From: Thermotogota bacterium
Lineage (GTDB): Bacteria > Thermotogota > Thermotogae > Petrotogales > Petrotogaceae
DNA: 22,682 nucleotides
Reading direction: 5' to 3'
NCBI GenBank assembly: GCA_051748045.1
Contig: JBNJGY010000017.1
Location: 13,142-35,823 of the forward strand
Shown: positions 8,528 to 17,641 of the stretch, in pieces
How the letters are laid out: the number at the start of each line of letters is the position of its first letter
How positions within the stretch are numbered: the stretch's first letter is position 1
Translations under genes and position numbers: made by a program
Notes under the pieces: model-generated
The model's input: the letters and a program-made list of their open reading frames with translations, nothing else
The model's database searches: none
What the model was told of the DNA's origin: nothing

Positions 8528-8670
8528 AATATCACCTTTCCCTTAGGATTTAGATTATTTATATAATACTAATTAGTAAAAATTTCACATAAAATAATTA
8601 CAGGACAAACATAGTCCACTTTAAGATTAATAAAAAATTCACTTAGTGAAAAAGTGAATATAAACCCATT

Positions 8671-8701
8671 GTTCATTCATTGAACTAAAATAATTATAAC
8701 A
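8671..8701 (-). promoter_or_regulatory. Putative extended -10 promoter of the ndh2 operon with adjacent inverted repeat
   Basis: Minus-strand TGTTATAAT at 8701-8693. The palindrome GTTCA-TTCAT-TGAAC at 8671-8685 lies just downstream of the predicted start site. Confidence 0.35.
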
Positions 8702-8798
8702 TAAAAAAATATAATTAAAAAACAAAGATATTAATTGATTATGAATAATAATTTCAATTATATAAATAAGAACCTCTCTACTTATAAAAACATTATAA

Positions 8799-8828
8799 TT
8801 GCAATTTTATATGTATTTAGGTTATAAT
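8799..8828 (+). promoter_or_regulatory. Putative sigma70 promoter of the pilus/secretin operon
   Basis: TTGCAA-N18-TATAAT, ~37 nt upstream of ATG 8866; RBS AGGTGA. Confidence 0.4.
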
Positions 8829-8865
8829 AAAAAGATTTTAAATTTTCATTACATATAGGTGATAG

Positions 8866-9999
8866 ATGAAAAAATTGTATAAGTTTTCTTTTGAAGAAGA
8901 TAATAATGTAATTAATACTTATTTATTAGAAGAATATAAAAATGAAATATACAAATTAATAGAAGGAGTAAATATAAAGGTTATCAACGAAAAGGTTGAT
9001 AACCTTTATTTTGATTATAAGAAAATTGATATTAAAGAAATGAAGATAATATGTGAAAATTTTTATCTTCTTTTGAGTTCTGGATTGAATTTGTATGAAT
9101 CATTAAAATTTTTAATCCAAAATAAGCAATTATCAAAATATACACGAGGTGTTTTGACAAAAAGTTTTTTATTGATAAAAAAAGGTAAAAACGCTAAAGT
9201 TGTGTTTTCTTCAAAAAGTTATCATCAATATTTTTTGTATATCATGAATATATCATCTACAAAAGATATACTTCTTAAATCATTCAAGACATTAATTGAA
9301 TATTATAATGATTCAATTGAAACTAAAAATAACTTACAAAAATCTACTATATATCCTTTAACGGTTTTGACGTCTATTTTAGTGATTTTGACAACAATGA
9401 ATATTTTTATTATACCTAAATTATCTTCAATGTTGGATATCAGTTTAAATATGACAACTACAAACACTTTGCTTTATTCGTTTGGATTTATTTTTTTTAT
9501 TTTAATAATTTTTTCAATTTTATCTAAAAAGAATGATAATTATTATTTATATATTCCAATATTTGGTAATTTATTTAGAAATTATACTCTGTATAAATTT
9601 ACAAGAGATATAAATATTTTATTAAAGAATAAGTTTACTATAGATAAAGCATTAAATAAAGTTATTGAAAATATGAATTCAAGATTTTTAACAGATAGAT
9701 TTTTACCTGTAATATTAAAAATTGAAAAAGGAAAAAATTTAGAAAATGCTTTTGAAAATGTAAAAAATATTTCAGAAATATCTATTTCTCTTTCACTATC
9801 AAAATTCAAAGGTAACTATGACGATGTTTTTGATTTTTTAGAAAAACAGTTTAAGAATAATTTTAATAATACATCAGATAAGATAAAAAAGATGATTGAA
9901 CCAATATTTATTATTATTTTAGGTATTATTATTCTTTCTATTGCGTATGAAATATTCCAAAAAGTTTATATTGGGGGGATTAGTGGTGACTTTTTATAA
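8866..9999 (+). CDS. Type II secretion F / PilC-family inner membrane platform protein
   Basis: Two T2SSF repeats (LLLSSGLNLYESL; IYPLTVL + TM; IPIFGNLF; KMIEPIFIIILG). Confidence 0.85.
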   Translation: MKKLYKFSFEEDNNVINTYLLEEYKNEIYKLIEGVNIKVINEKVDNLYFDYKKIDIKEMKIICENFYLLLSSGLNLYESLKFLIQNKQLSKYTRGVLTKSFLLIKKGKNAKVVFSSKSYHQYFLYIMNISSTKDILLKSFKTLIEYYNDSIETKNNLQKSTIYPLTVLTSILVILTTMNIFIIPKLSSMLDISLNMTTTNTLLYSFGFIFFILIIFSILSKKNDNYYLYIPIFGNLFRNYTLYKFTRDINILLKNKFTIDKALNKVIENMNSRFLTDRFLPVILKIEKGKNLENAFENVKNISEISISLSLSKFKGNYDDVFDFLEKQFKNNFNNTSDKIKKMIEPIFIIILGIIILSIAYEIFQKVYIGGISGDFL

Positions 10000-10429
10000 A
10001 AAGAAAGATGGTTTTTTGCTTTTTGAATTAAGCATTTCTTTGTTTATTGAAGCGTTAGTAGCATTTGGTTTTGTTTTTCTATTTAATTTTGTTTTTGTTG
10101 AAGAAATTAATTTTTTAAAAGATCAATATTTAGCTTCTGAAATGTTTGTAAATGCAAGAATAAGTGCAACACACACGGAAAGATATACTTTTACTGGTTT
10201 TAAAGCAAACAAAGAATACCTTTTACCCTCAATTCAATACTATGAACCTAATATATATTTTAAAATTCAATATGACTATTTACCACAGGCAAATCACTAT
10301 TTCTTTTTTTATGATTACGTAAATAATTACAAACTAGATCATACCAAAATTGGAGGTAGGTTGATAAACAAAGAAAACGACAAATTATTTAATGTCGTGC
10401 CAGTTACGGGGGCATTGACGTTACCATGA
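9986..10429 (+). CDS. Prepilin-like protein (class III signal peptide)
   Basis: Likely GTG start after a GGGGGG RBS (alternative 9983). KKKDG|FLLFELSISLFI has Gly-1, Phe+1, Glu+5 and a hydrophobic helix. Confidence 0.7.
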   Translation: MTFYKKKDGFLLFELSISLFIEALVAFGFVFLFNFVFVEEINFLKDQYLASEMFVNARISATHTERYTFTGFKANKEYLLPSIQYYEPNIYFKIQYDYLPQANHYFFFYDYVNNYKLDHTKIGGRLINKENDKLFNVVPVTGALTLP

Positions 10430-10887
10430 AAAACAAATTTGAATTTAAAATTAAAAACAAAAAATATAAAGTAGAACATATAGATATGCTTATTTGGAAA
10501 TTTCCTTCAGAATTTGAGTTGAAGAAACAACTTTTTAATTTATCTAGGCATAAAAGTGTGAAATATAAAAAAATAAAAAGCACAAAATCTTTTCAATACT
10601 ACACTCTTTTTAGTAAAAAAAGTTTATATAAAAATTTTTTATCTATGAAATATGACTATTTTATTCCTATACAATCTATAATTATTTTTTTTATAAAAGA
10701 TAAAGCTCCTGGTAGATATTATGTAAAGACCCCTTTTAATATATACGAAGTATTAAAAGATGTTGATTTCATAACCTCTTTAAAACCTGTTGAAGAAAAA
10801 GAAAATTTTGAAATAACAGAGAGTGATATTAAAAAATATATGACAAAAAATTTTAAAGGTGAAGAAAATGATTTTATTAGAATCTAA
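10426..10887 (+). CDS. Hypothetical cytoplasmic protein in the pilus operon (PilM position)
   Basis: ATGA overlap with the upstream gene; 153 aa, basic. Only its position suggests a role. Confidence 0.6.
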   Translation: MKNKFEFKIKNKKYKVEHIDMLIWKFPSEFELKKQLFNLSRHKSVKYKKIKSTKSFQYYTLFSKKSLYKNFLSMKYDYFIPIQSIIIFFIKDKAPGRYYVKTPFNIYEVLKDVDFITSLKPVEEKENFEITESDIKKYMTKNFKGEENDFIRI

Positions 10888-11269
10888 ATTCAGAAAAATC
10901 ATAAAAATTATAGTTAATGTTATGATAGTTATTTTTATATTTCTAATTTCGAAAGATATTTATGCAAAAACAAATGAATATATAAATACTAAGCAAGAAG
11001 AAAATTATAAAAATACGGTTTTTCAAAACTACCTTGGCGAATCAAAAAAACAAAAAAAAGAAATAGGAGACTTTTTTGATTTTATAGAAAACGACTTAAA
11101 TTCTTACCTCATAGAATTTGAATATAATTACCCTTTATCTCCCCAAGCAACGGTTTTGATCATAACCGAAGAAAATACGGAAATAAAAACAGTATATGAT
11201 TTTGATATTATTTCCAGTTTTAATCTTAATAATTCTCAAATAACTATATTAAATATCAGGGGGAATTAA
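10868..11269 (+). CDS. Bitopic membrane protein (PilN/PilO-like by position)
   Basis: RBS AGGTGA then ATG 10868; single N-terminal TM segment followed by a helical region. Confidence 0.6.
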   Translation: MILLESKFRKIIKIIVNVMIVIFIFLISKDIYAKTNEYINTKQEENYKNTVFQNYLGESKKQKKEIGDFFDFIENDLNSYLIEFEYNYPLSPQATVLIITEENTEIKTVYDFDIISSFNLNNSQITILNIRGN

Positions 11270-11827
11270 ATGAGAATAAAATTCATTTTTTTATTGATAT
11301 TAAGTTGTATATATTTTTTTATAAACAGTTATGAAATCAAAATAGAAGAAAATCCAAAAATTATAATGGAATATATAAGTTCTGAAGATAATAATTCAAA
11401 AATAGAAAAAATATTAAAAAGTGATGTTCTATTAAATGAAGTAAAAATACAAAGAAAAGAATTCAGTTTATTAAATATAAAAAATGATTTTCTGTTTTAT
11501 ATAAAAGAAAAACCTTTTGAGTTAAAACATATTAAAAACAAAATAAATATTCTAGAAAATAAAAAATATAGTTTTTTTGAAGAATTCTCTATTGAATTAT
11601 CTCAGCTTTGGGAAAATAAGAAAAAATTTACACAATTAGATCCTGAAAAAATATATTTCAGTGGTTTTTTGAACGAAAATAATTATAAAATAGCTTATTT
11701 ATATTTTTATGAAAACTTAATCACGGTTAAGGAAAATGAATATTTAGGAGATAAAAAAGTATTGAAAATATTTAAAGATGGAATCTTACTTATAAACCAA
11801 AATAATCAATTTGAGGTGATTATGTGA
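11270..11827 (+). CDS. Membrane-anchored protein with PilP/GspC-HR-like C-terminal beta domain
   Basis: N-terminal hydrophobic anchor. The C-terminal IAYL...VKENEYLGDKKVLKIFKDGILL pattern resembles PilP/GspC. It lies directly upstream of the secretin. Confidence 0.55.
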   Translation: MRIKFIFLLILSCIYFFINSYEIKIEENPKIIMEYISSEDNNSKIEKILKSDVLLNEVKIQRKEFSLLNIKNDFLFYIKEKPFELKHIKNKINILENKKYSFFEEFSIELSQLWENKKKFTQLDPEKIYFSGFLNENNYKIAYLYFYENLITVKENEYLGDKKVLKIFKDGILLINQNNQFEVIM

Positions 11828-13872
11828 AAAATCATATAACGATATTTCTCTATATATTAATTTTAATAAACATTTTCTCAATTAACGTTTCATATAATCA
11901 AAATAAAAATGAAAACCTGATAAAAACAGACACAAAAATAATTGAAATCATAGCTAATGATACAAACACTTTTTATACAATAAAATTAGAAGAAAAAATA
12001 TATGAAGATCAAATTCTAAAAATAAGTAGAGGTCCAGTAAGAGAAATAAAAATAGATGATGATCTCATAAAAATAATAACTTATACACCTGTAGAGATAG
12101 AAACAGAAGAAAATTATTTAATTGTTAAAGGAACAAAAAAATTAAATTTTACAAACATAAGTTTCAAAGAAATATTATTAGAAGATGCGATAAAATTGTT
12201 TTTAGAAAAAACAAAATACAAATGGTTAAACTCTGAAGTAATACCCCAAAAAACAATTTCACTTGAGCTAAATGAAATATATTTTGAAAATTTTTTGAGA
12301 ATATTAGAAGAAATATATGGGTTGAAAACAATATTTTATACAGATAAAAACCTAATAATAACCCAAAAAGAAGATATTTTTCAAAATTATTTACCTATAG
12401 AATTTCAAAAACTAAAAAAAGAAAAAGCACTAAACACTGAAAGAAAAGAAGAAACAATAAAAAGCAAAAAGATCATTATAATAGAATCAAATAAAGATCT
12501 AACTATTTTAAATAAAATATTTGACATAGATATCATTAATTATGAAGAAATTTTTGTAATACAAATAAGTGAATCAGATGAAAAGAATTTTCTAGAAATA
12601 GTACAAAAAATTAATCAAAAACCATTAAAAGATGAAGAGAACATTACAAATATAACAAAGCAAGCGAGTACAAATATAAAATCTGACGAAAATTATACAA
12701 TATTGAAATCTAAATTTGATATGATGTTTTTAGAAGACTTTTATAATTTAAAGTACCAAGAATTAAATGAAGGTTATTATTTGATTTTTTCTGATGAAGA
12801 AACAATAAAACAAGTAGAAGAATTGAATATTCTTTTAAACAGTAGAGAAATAAAAAAAGAAATAACAGAAGAAAAAGTACTAAAAACAAATCTTTTAGTT
12901 GTCAATTCTAAAAATATAGAAATATTTGGTAAAATATGTAATGAGGAGAATATAAATTATAAAATCATAGAAAAAATCGAGAACAAAAATTATATTATTG
13001 TAAAAGCTCTCCAGGAAAAATTAGATCTTTTAAAAACAATTGTAGTAGAAGAAAAAATAGAAAACGAAATTTCAATAAAGAAATTGATAACAGAGTTAGC
13101 TTCTTTTGAAAATATAAATACGATAATAGATTTTGAGGATTTCTCAGTTAATTTCAATAATTATGATTTGATATTTTCAGATATTCTATCTTTTTTATCT
13201 AGTGAAGGTATTTTATATACAAAAATAAATGAAAATACTTATAGATTTTTTGAAAACAAAAAAATATTAAAATACAAAATCACAGTTTTAGCAGGAGACA
13301 ACATAGAAAACAAAAGTATTAACAATATTTATGAGATATTAGATAAGAATGTAGATATATTCAACAATATAAAAGATTCTTCGGATAATACATATATAGT
13401 AACAAAACCAGAAATGTATGTTTTGGAAGGAGAAATTGGTGAACTAAATTCTGTTCTAACAATTCCTATATTTGAAGAAAAAGAAGGTAAAGCACAAGTA
13501 GTAGATACTATAGAATCAGGAATAAAACTAAGTATAAAAGGTAATTATAATAGAGATACAGACTTAATAGAAACTGATTTGGAGCTCTTGTTAAGTGAAT
13601 TTTCTGATGAAAGCAAAAGAGAAGAATCAGGATATTCAATGAATAAAAGATCTTTAAAAACCAAACTAAAAATAAGAAATGGATCAACTATAAAAGCAGG
13701 AAATATGAATTTTTCAAAGATTATACAAAAGAGTGACGGTTTACGTATTTTAAAAAACATTCCTATTTTTGGAAAGCTTTTTTATAACAGCGAGAGTAAA
13801 TTTAGAAATTATAACATAATCATATTTTTAAACATAGAAATCAAAAATGAAGCAGAGGATATAAGCATATGA
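11824..13872 (+). CDS. Secretin (PilQ/GspD family, type II/III secretion outer-membrane pore)
   Basis: Signal peptide, N0/STN-like segment, and a C-terminal secretin domain (KPEMYVLEGE..., ESGIKLSI, KTKLKIRNGSTIKAG, LKNIPIFGKLF, IIIFLNIEI). Confidence 0.85.
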   Translation: MKNHITIFLYILILINIFSINVSYNQNKNENLIKTDTKIIEIIANDTNTFYTIKLEEKIYEDQILKISRGPVREIKIDDDLIKIITYTPVEIETEENYLIVKGTKKLNFTNISFKEILLEDAIKLFLEKTKYKWLNSEVIPQKTISLELNEIYFENFLRILEEIYGLKTIFYTDKNLIITQKEDIFQNYLPIEFQKLKKEKALNTERKEETIKSKKIIIIESNKDLTILNKIFDIDIINYEEIFVIQISESDEKNFLEIVQKINQKPLKDEENITNITKQASTNIKSDENYTILKSKFDMMFLEDFYNLKYQELNEGYYLIFSDEETIKQVEELNILLNSREIKKEITEEKVLKTNLLVVNSKNIEIFGKICNEENINYKIIEKIENKNYIIVKALQEKLDLLKTIVVEEKIENEISIKKLITELASFENINTIIDFEDFSVNFNNYDLIFSDILSFLSSEGILYTKINENTYRFFENKKILKYKITVLAGDNIENKSINNIYEILDKNVDIFNNIKDSSDNTYIVTKPEMYVLEGEIGELNSVLTIPIFEEKEGKAQVVDTIESGIKLSIKGNYNRDTDLIETDLELLLSEFSDESKREESGYSMNKRSLKTKLKIRNGSTIKAGNMNFSKIIQKSDGLRILKNIPIFGKLFYNSESKFRNYNIIIFLNIEIKNEAEDISI

Positions 13873-13882
13873 GGTGATTCTA

Positions 13883-14683
13883 TTGAATAGAAAGCCTATC
13901 GCAGCTGGAACATTTTATCCAAAAGAAAAAAAAGATTTACTTAAATTAATGGATTATTTATTTGAGAAAAATCCGAAATCAAAAAAGAATAGTGAATATC
14001 AAAAAAGCGGTATAATTTTACCGCATGCTGGTTATATATTTTCTGGAAAAGCAGCAGCGAAAGCTATAGAAAAAATAAAAGGAAAACCAAAAAACATATA
14101 CATCTTAGGTCCAAACCATACAGGTTTGGGAGAGAATATATCAATTATGGACAAAGGTGAATGGCTAACACCATTAGGAACAGTTCCGATAAATAAAACT
14201 AAATCAGATGAAATATGTAAATTGTTAGGGATTGAACCAGATTTCAAAGGACACATAAGAGAACATTCTATAGAAGTTCAATTGCCTCTTTTGCAATACT
14301 GGTTTGAAAAGGATATCAGAATAATACCAATAGCTATGAAAGATCAGACTAAACAAACAGCTAAAACTCTGGGAGAAATTATTAAGCAAGTTGCTTCAAA
14401 AGAAGATTTGATTGTTGCCTCTACAGACTTAAATCACTATGAAAATCAAGAAACCACTATAAAAAAAGACGAAAAAATAATTGCTGACATAAAAAATTTA
14501 GATATAGAAAAAATGTATAATGACATAACAGATGAAAATATTAGTATGTGTGGATATGGGCCTGTCGCTGTATTGTTAAACCAAGAATTTAAAACGGTTG
14601 AAATTATTAAACATACAACGAGTGGGGAAACTCTTGATGAATATGATACAGTTGTTGGATATTTATCTGCAATACTAAAATAG
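13883..14683 (+). CDS. amrB: AmmeMemoRadiSam system protein B (MEMO1 family)
   Basis: RKPIAAGTFYP, PHAGYIFSG, LGPNHTG, HIREHSIEVQLP, STDLNHY, MCGYGP, VVGY. TTG start after GAGGTGA (alternative GTG 13874). Confidence 0.92.
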   Translation: MNRKPIAAGTFYPKEKKDLLKLMDYLFEKNPKSKKNSEYQKSGIILPHAGYIFSGKAAAKAIEKIKGKPKNIYILGPNHTGLGENISIMDKGEWLTPLGTVPINKTKSDEICKLLGIEPDFKGHIREHSIEVQLPLLQYWFEKDIRIIPIAMKDQTKQTAKTLGEIIKQVASKEDLIVASTDLNHYENQETTIKKDEKIIADIKNLDIEKMYNDITDENISMCGYGPVAVLLNQEFKTVEIIKHTTSGETLDEYDTVVGYLSAILK

Positions 14684-14730
14684 ACCTGAAAATAAATAGA
14701 CAAATAATAATTAGTGGAGGTGGAAAAGCC

Positions 14731-15072
14731 ATGATAGTAGATACAGAATATGGCAAAGTAAATATAAAAGGTGATGTGGTTAGAGAAATAGTTTACAAGG
14801 CTGTTCTAGAATCATATGGTACTGTGGATATGGGAAAACAAGGTTTCTTTGATAAAATAGCAAGTTTATGGGCAAAAGACGAATCAAAGGGTATAAGCGT
14901 TGAAGAACAAGAAGGTAGACTTTTAGTAAACCTTTATCTTGTTCTAGAGTATGGTTTACCTGTAAAGAAAGTCGCAGAAAACACTCAGGAAAACGTATAT
15001 CATAGAATTAAAGCTATGCTTAATTATGAAGATGTACTTGTAAACGTACACATTTCAGGGTTAAAGTTTTAA
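14731..15072 (+). CDS. Asp23/Gls24 family protein (YloU-like)
   Basis: TEYGKVNI...ESYG, KGISV, LEYG..V.KVAENTQ and VNVHI; immediately upstream of a DAK2 protein as in yloU-yloV. Confidence 0.88.
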   Translation: MIVDTEYGKVNIKGDVVREIVYKAVLESYGTVDMGKQGFFDKIASLWAKDESKGISVEEQEGRLLVNLYLVLEYGLPVKKVAENTQENVYHRIKAMLNYEDVLVNVHISGLKF

Positions 15073-15089
15073 GAAAGGGTGATTATTAA

Positions 15090-16751
15090 ATGAAAAGTTA
15101 TTTGGAAGGGAAAGATATATATATTGGCATAAAAAAAGCTGCACAGGTTTTAATCAGCAATAAAGATGAAATCAATGCTTTAAATGTTTTCCCTGTTCCA
15201 GACGGTGATACTGGATCAAATATGTCATCAGCTATGCTTGAAGCAGTTGCATGGCTTGATGAAGTAAAAAACCATAACTCATCAAAAGAGGTTTTAAAAA
15301 ACCTTAGGGATGGTTTATTAATGGGCGCAAGAGGAAATTCGGGTGTTATATTATCTCAAATATTTAGAGGATTTACAGAATCATTAGAAACCAGAAAGAA
15401 AATTAGAACTGTCGACTTTATACACGCACTACAAAATGCGAAAGATGTAGCTTATGGTGCTGTTATAAAACCTGTTGAAGGAACAATGCTTACTTTAATA
15501 AGACTATTGGCAGAAAGAGCTGAAGAAGAACTTTCTGAAACAAGAGATTTCTTAGATTTTATGGAAAAATTAGAAATAATTTCTTTTGAAATAGTCGATG
15601 AAACACCTAAATACTTAAAAAAACTAAGAGAAGCTAATGTTGTAGACGCTGGAGCAAAAGGTCTAGCTTATATCATAAGAGGATTTAAACAAGCTGTTCA
15701 CGGAGATACTGATGTAAAAATTGAATCTTTAGAAAATGCTTCCCCAAACGACATTGCAAACATAGCTTATGAAGATATTACATTTCAATACTGTACAGAA
15801 TGTGTTTTGAGATTGGACCAGCCAGAAATTTCAAAACAAGAAATGGATAAAATAAGATCATTTTTAGAAGAACATGGAGATTCAATAGTTCTTGTACATC
15901 AAAATGAATATTTAAAAACTCATGTTCATACAAATCATCCAGGAAGCGTTTTTGAAAAATTCTTGGAATATGGTGAATTGATGAAAATTAAAGTAGATAA
16001 CATGAAACAGCAACACGAACATGTTGTTGAGAATGTGACTCCAACAGAAACATCAGATGAAATAAAACCAATTGAAGAAAAAGATAACCCAGATAGAAAT
16101 TGGGGTATAGTAGCAGTTTCTCCAGGAGAAGGTATATCAAACGTCTTGAGATCACTAGGAGTAAATAGAGTTATTTCTGGTGGACAGACAATGAACCCAA
16201 GTATAAAAGATATAGCTGAATCTGTAAAAACTCTACCACAAGATAAAGTGGTAATATTACCAAACAATCCAAATATAATAATGACTGCGGAAAAAGTACA
16301 AGACATGACAGATAAAGATATTCTTGTAGTTCCAACAAGATACGTACAAGAAGGTGTTTCTTCAATGCTTGGCTTTGACGATTCTTTAGAAAAAGATGAA
16401 TTATTTGAGTCAATGGACGAATACGTAAAATCTATAATTCCTATTCAAGTTACATATGCCATTAGAGATTCTGAAATTGGAGGAGAAAAAGTAAAAAAAG
16501 ATGAATATCTTATATTCTCTGGTAAAGAACTCAAAGAACATGGTAAAAATATGTATGAAAAAACTCAAAAAGTATTGTTAGAATATCTTGAACAAGGATA
16601 TGAGATAATAACAATATTTTATGGTGAAGGCTCAGATAAGAAAAAAATAGATGAAATGATAAATAACATTCTAAAAGAGTATGACGATGTAGAAGTAGAA
16701 GTACACAACGGTGGACAAAAGCACTATCCACTATTCATATCTCTTGAATGA
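15090..16751 (+). CDS. fakA: DAK2-domain fatty acid kinase subunit (FakA/YloV)
   Basis: INALNVFPVPDGDTGSNM, GARGNSGVILSQ, PVEGTMLT, VDAGAKGL, YCTE, GGQTMNPS, GGQ.HYP. Confidence 0.93.
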   Translation: MKSYLEGKDIYIGIKKAAQVLISNKDEINALNVFPVPDGDTGSNMSSAMLEAVAWLDEVKNHNSSKEVLKNLRDGLLMGARGNSGVILSQIFRGFTESLETRKKIRTVDFIHALQNAKDVAYGAVIKPVEGTMLTLIRLLAERAEEELSETRDFLDFMEKLEIISFEIVDETPKYLKKLREANVVDAGAKGLAYIIRGFKQAVHGDTDVKIESLENASPNDIANIAYEDITFQYCTECVLRLDQPEISKQEMDKIRSFLEEHGDSIVLVHQNEYLKTHVHTNHPGSVFEKFLEYGELMKIKVDNMKQQHEHVVENVTPTETSDEIKPIEEKDNPDRNWGIVAVSPGEGISNVLRSLGVNRVISGGQTMNPSIKDIAESVKTLPQDKVVILPNNPNIIMTAEKVQDMTDKDILVVPTRYVQEGVSSMLGFDDSLEKDELFESMDEYVKSIIPIQVTYAIRDSEIGGEKVKKDEYLIFSGKELKEHGKNMYEKTQKVLLEYLEQGYEIITIFYGEGSDKKKIDEMINNILKEYDDVEVEVHNGGQKHYPLFISLE

Positions 16752-16780
16752 ATTTGATCTGAATATGGAGGTTATAAAAA

Positions 16781-17641
16781 TTGCTTATACAAGATTTAAT
16801 AATAAAACTACACCAATTCTGGGCTAAACAAGATTGTATAATAGAAGAACCTTATGATATGGAGATGGGTGCAGGCACCTATTCTCCTTCTACTTTTTTT
16901 GGCGCATTATCTAACCAAGACGTAAAAGTAGGATATGTTCAACCTTGTAGAAGACCAACAGATGGAAGATACGGAGAAAATCCAAACAGAATGCAAAGGT
17001 TTTATCAATATCAGGTTATCATAAAACCATCACCAGAGAATATACAAGATATATATATTGATTCATTAAAAGCACTAGGAATAAAACCTGAAGAACACGA
17101 CATAAGATTTGTTGAAGACAACTGGGAGTCACCAACACTTGGAGCATGGGGAGTAGGTTGGGAAGTATGGCTTGATGGAATGGAAATAACCCAATTTACA
17201 TATTTCCAACAAATGGGTGGAATTCCTTTAGAAGAGATAACAGTTGAAATCACATACGGAATAGAAAGAATAGCTATGTACCTACAAGGAATAGAAAACG
17301 TATACGAAACAAAATGGAACGAAAACACAAAATATGGTCTTTTGTATAAAGAAAACGAAAAACAATTTTCAACATATAACTTTGACGAAGCAGATATAAA
17401 TATGTATGAATCATTATACAATTTGTATAAAAATGAGTTTGAAAGACTAATGGAAAAAGATTTATACTTACCAGCTTTCGATTTTTTAACAAAAACCGCA
17501 CACGCATTCAATATGCTAGATGCGAGAAATGCTATATCTGTTAGTGAAAGACAAAAATATATTCTTGATATAAGAAATATGTCTAGAAATATAGCAAAAA
17601 AATACGCTGAAACTATTGATGGAGGCGAAGAAAATGAATAA
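16781..17641 (+). CDS. glyQ: Glycine--tRNA ligase alpha subunit
   Basis: [60 protein letters not shown] start after GGAGG. Confidence 0.97.
   Translation: MLIQDLIIKLHQFWAKQDCIIEEPYDMEMGAGTYSPSTFFGALSNQDVKVGYVQPCRRPTDGRYGENPNRMQRFYQYQVIIKPSPENIQDIYIDSLKALGIKPEEHDIRFVEDNWESPTLGAWGVGWEVWLDGMEITQFTYFQQMGGIPLEEITVEITYGIERIAMYLQGIENVYETKWNENTKYGLLYKENEKQFSTYNFDEADINMYESLYNLYKNEFERLMEKDLYLPAFDFLTKTAHAFNMLDARNAISVSERQKYILDIRNMSRNIAKKYAETIDGGEENE

Noticed and set aside
8528-8865. FMN riboswitch upstream of the flavoprotein operon
   Set aside because: No RFN consensus (AGGGCGGGG...GAAATTCCC) on either strand; the region is almost entirely AT-rich promoter-like sequence.
16752-16780. T-box riboswitch upstream of glyQ
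   Set aside because: The intergenic gap is only 29 nt; no room for a T-box and no T-box motif.
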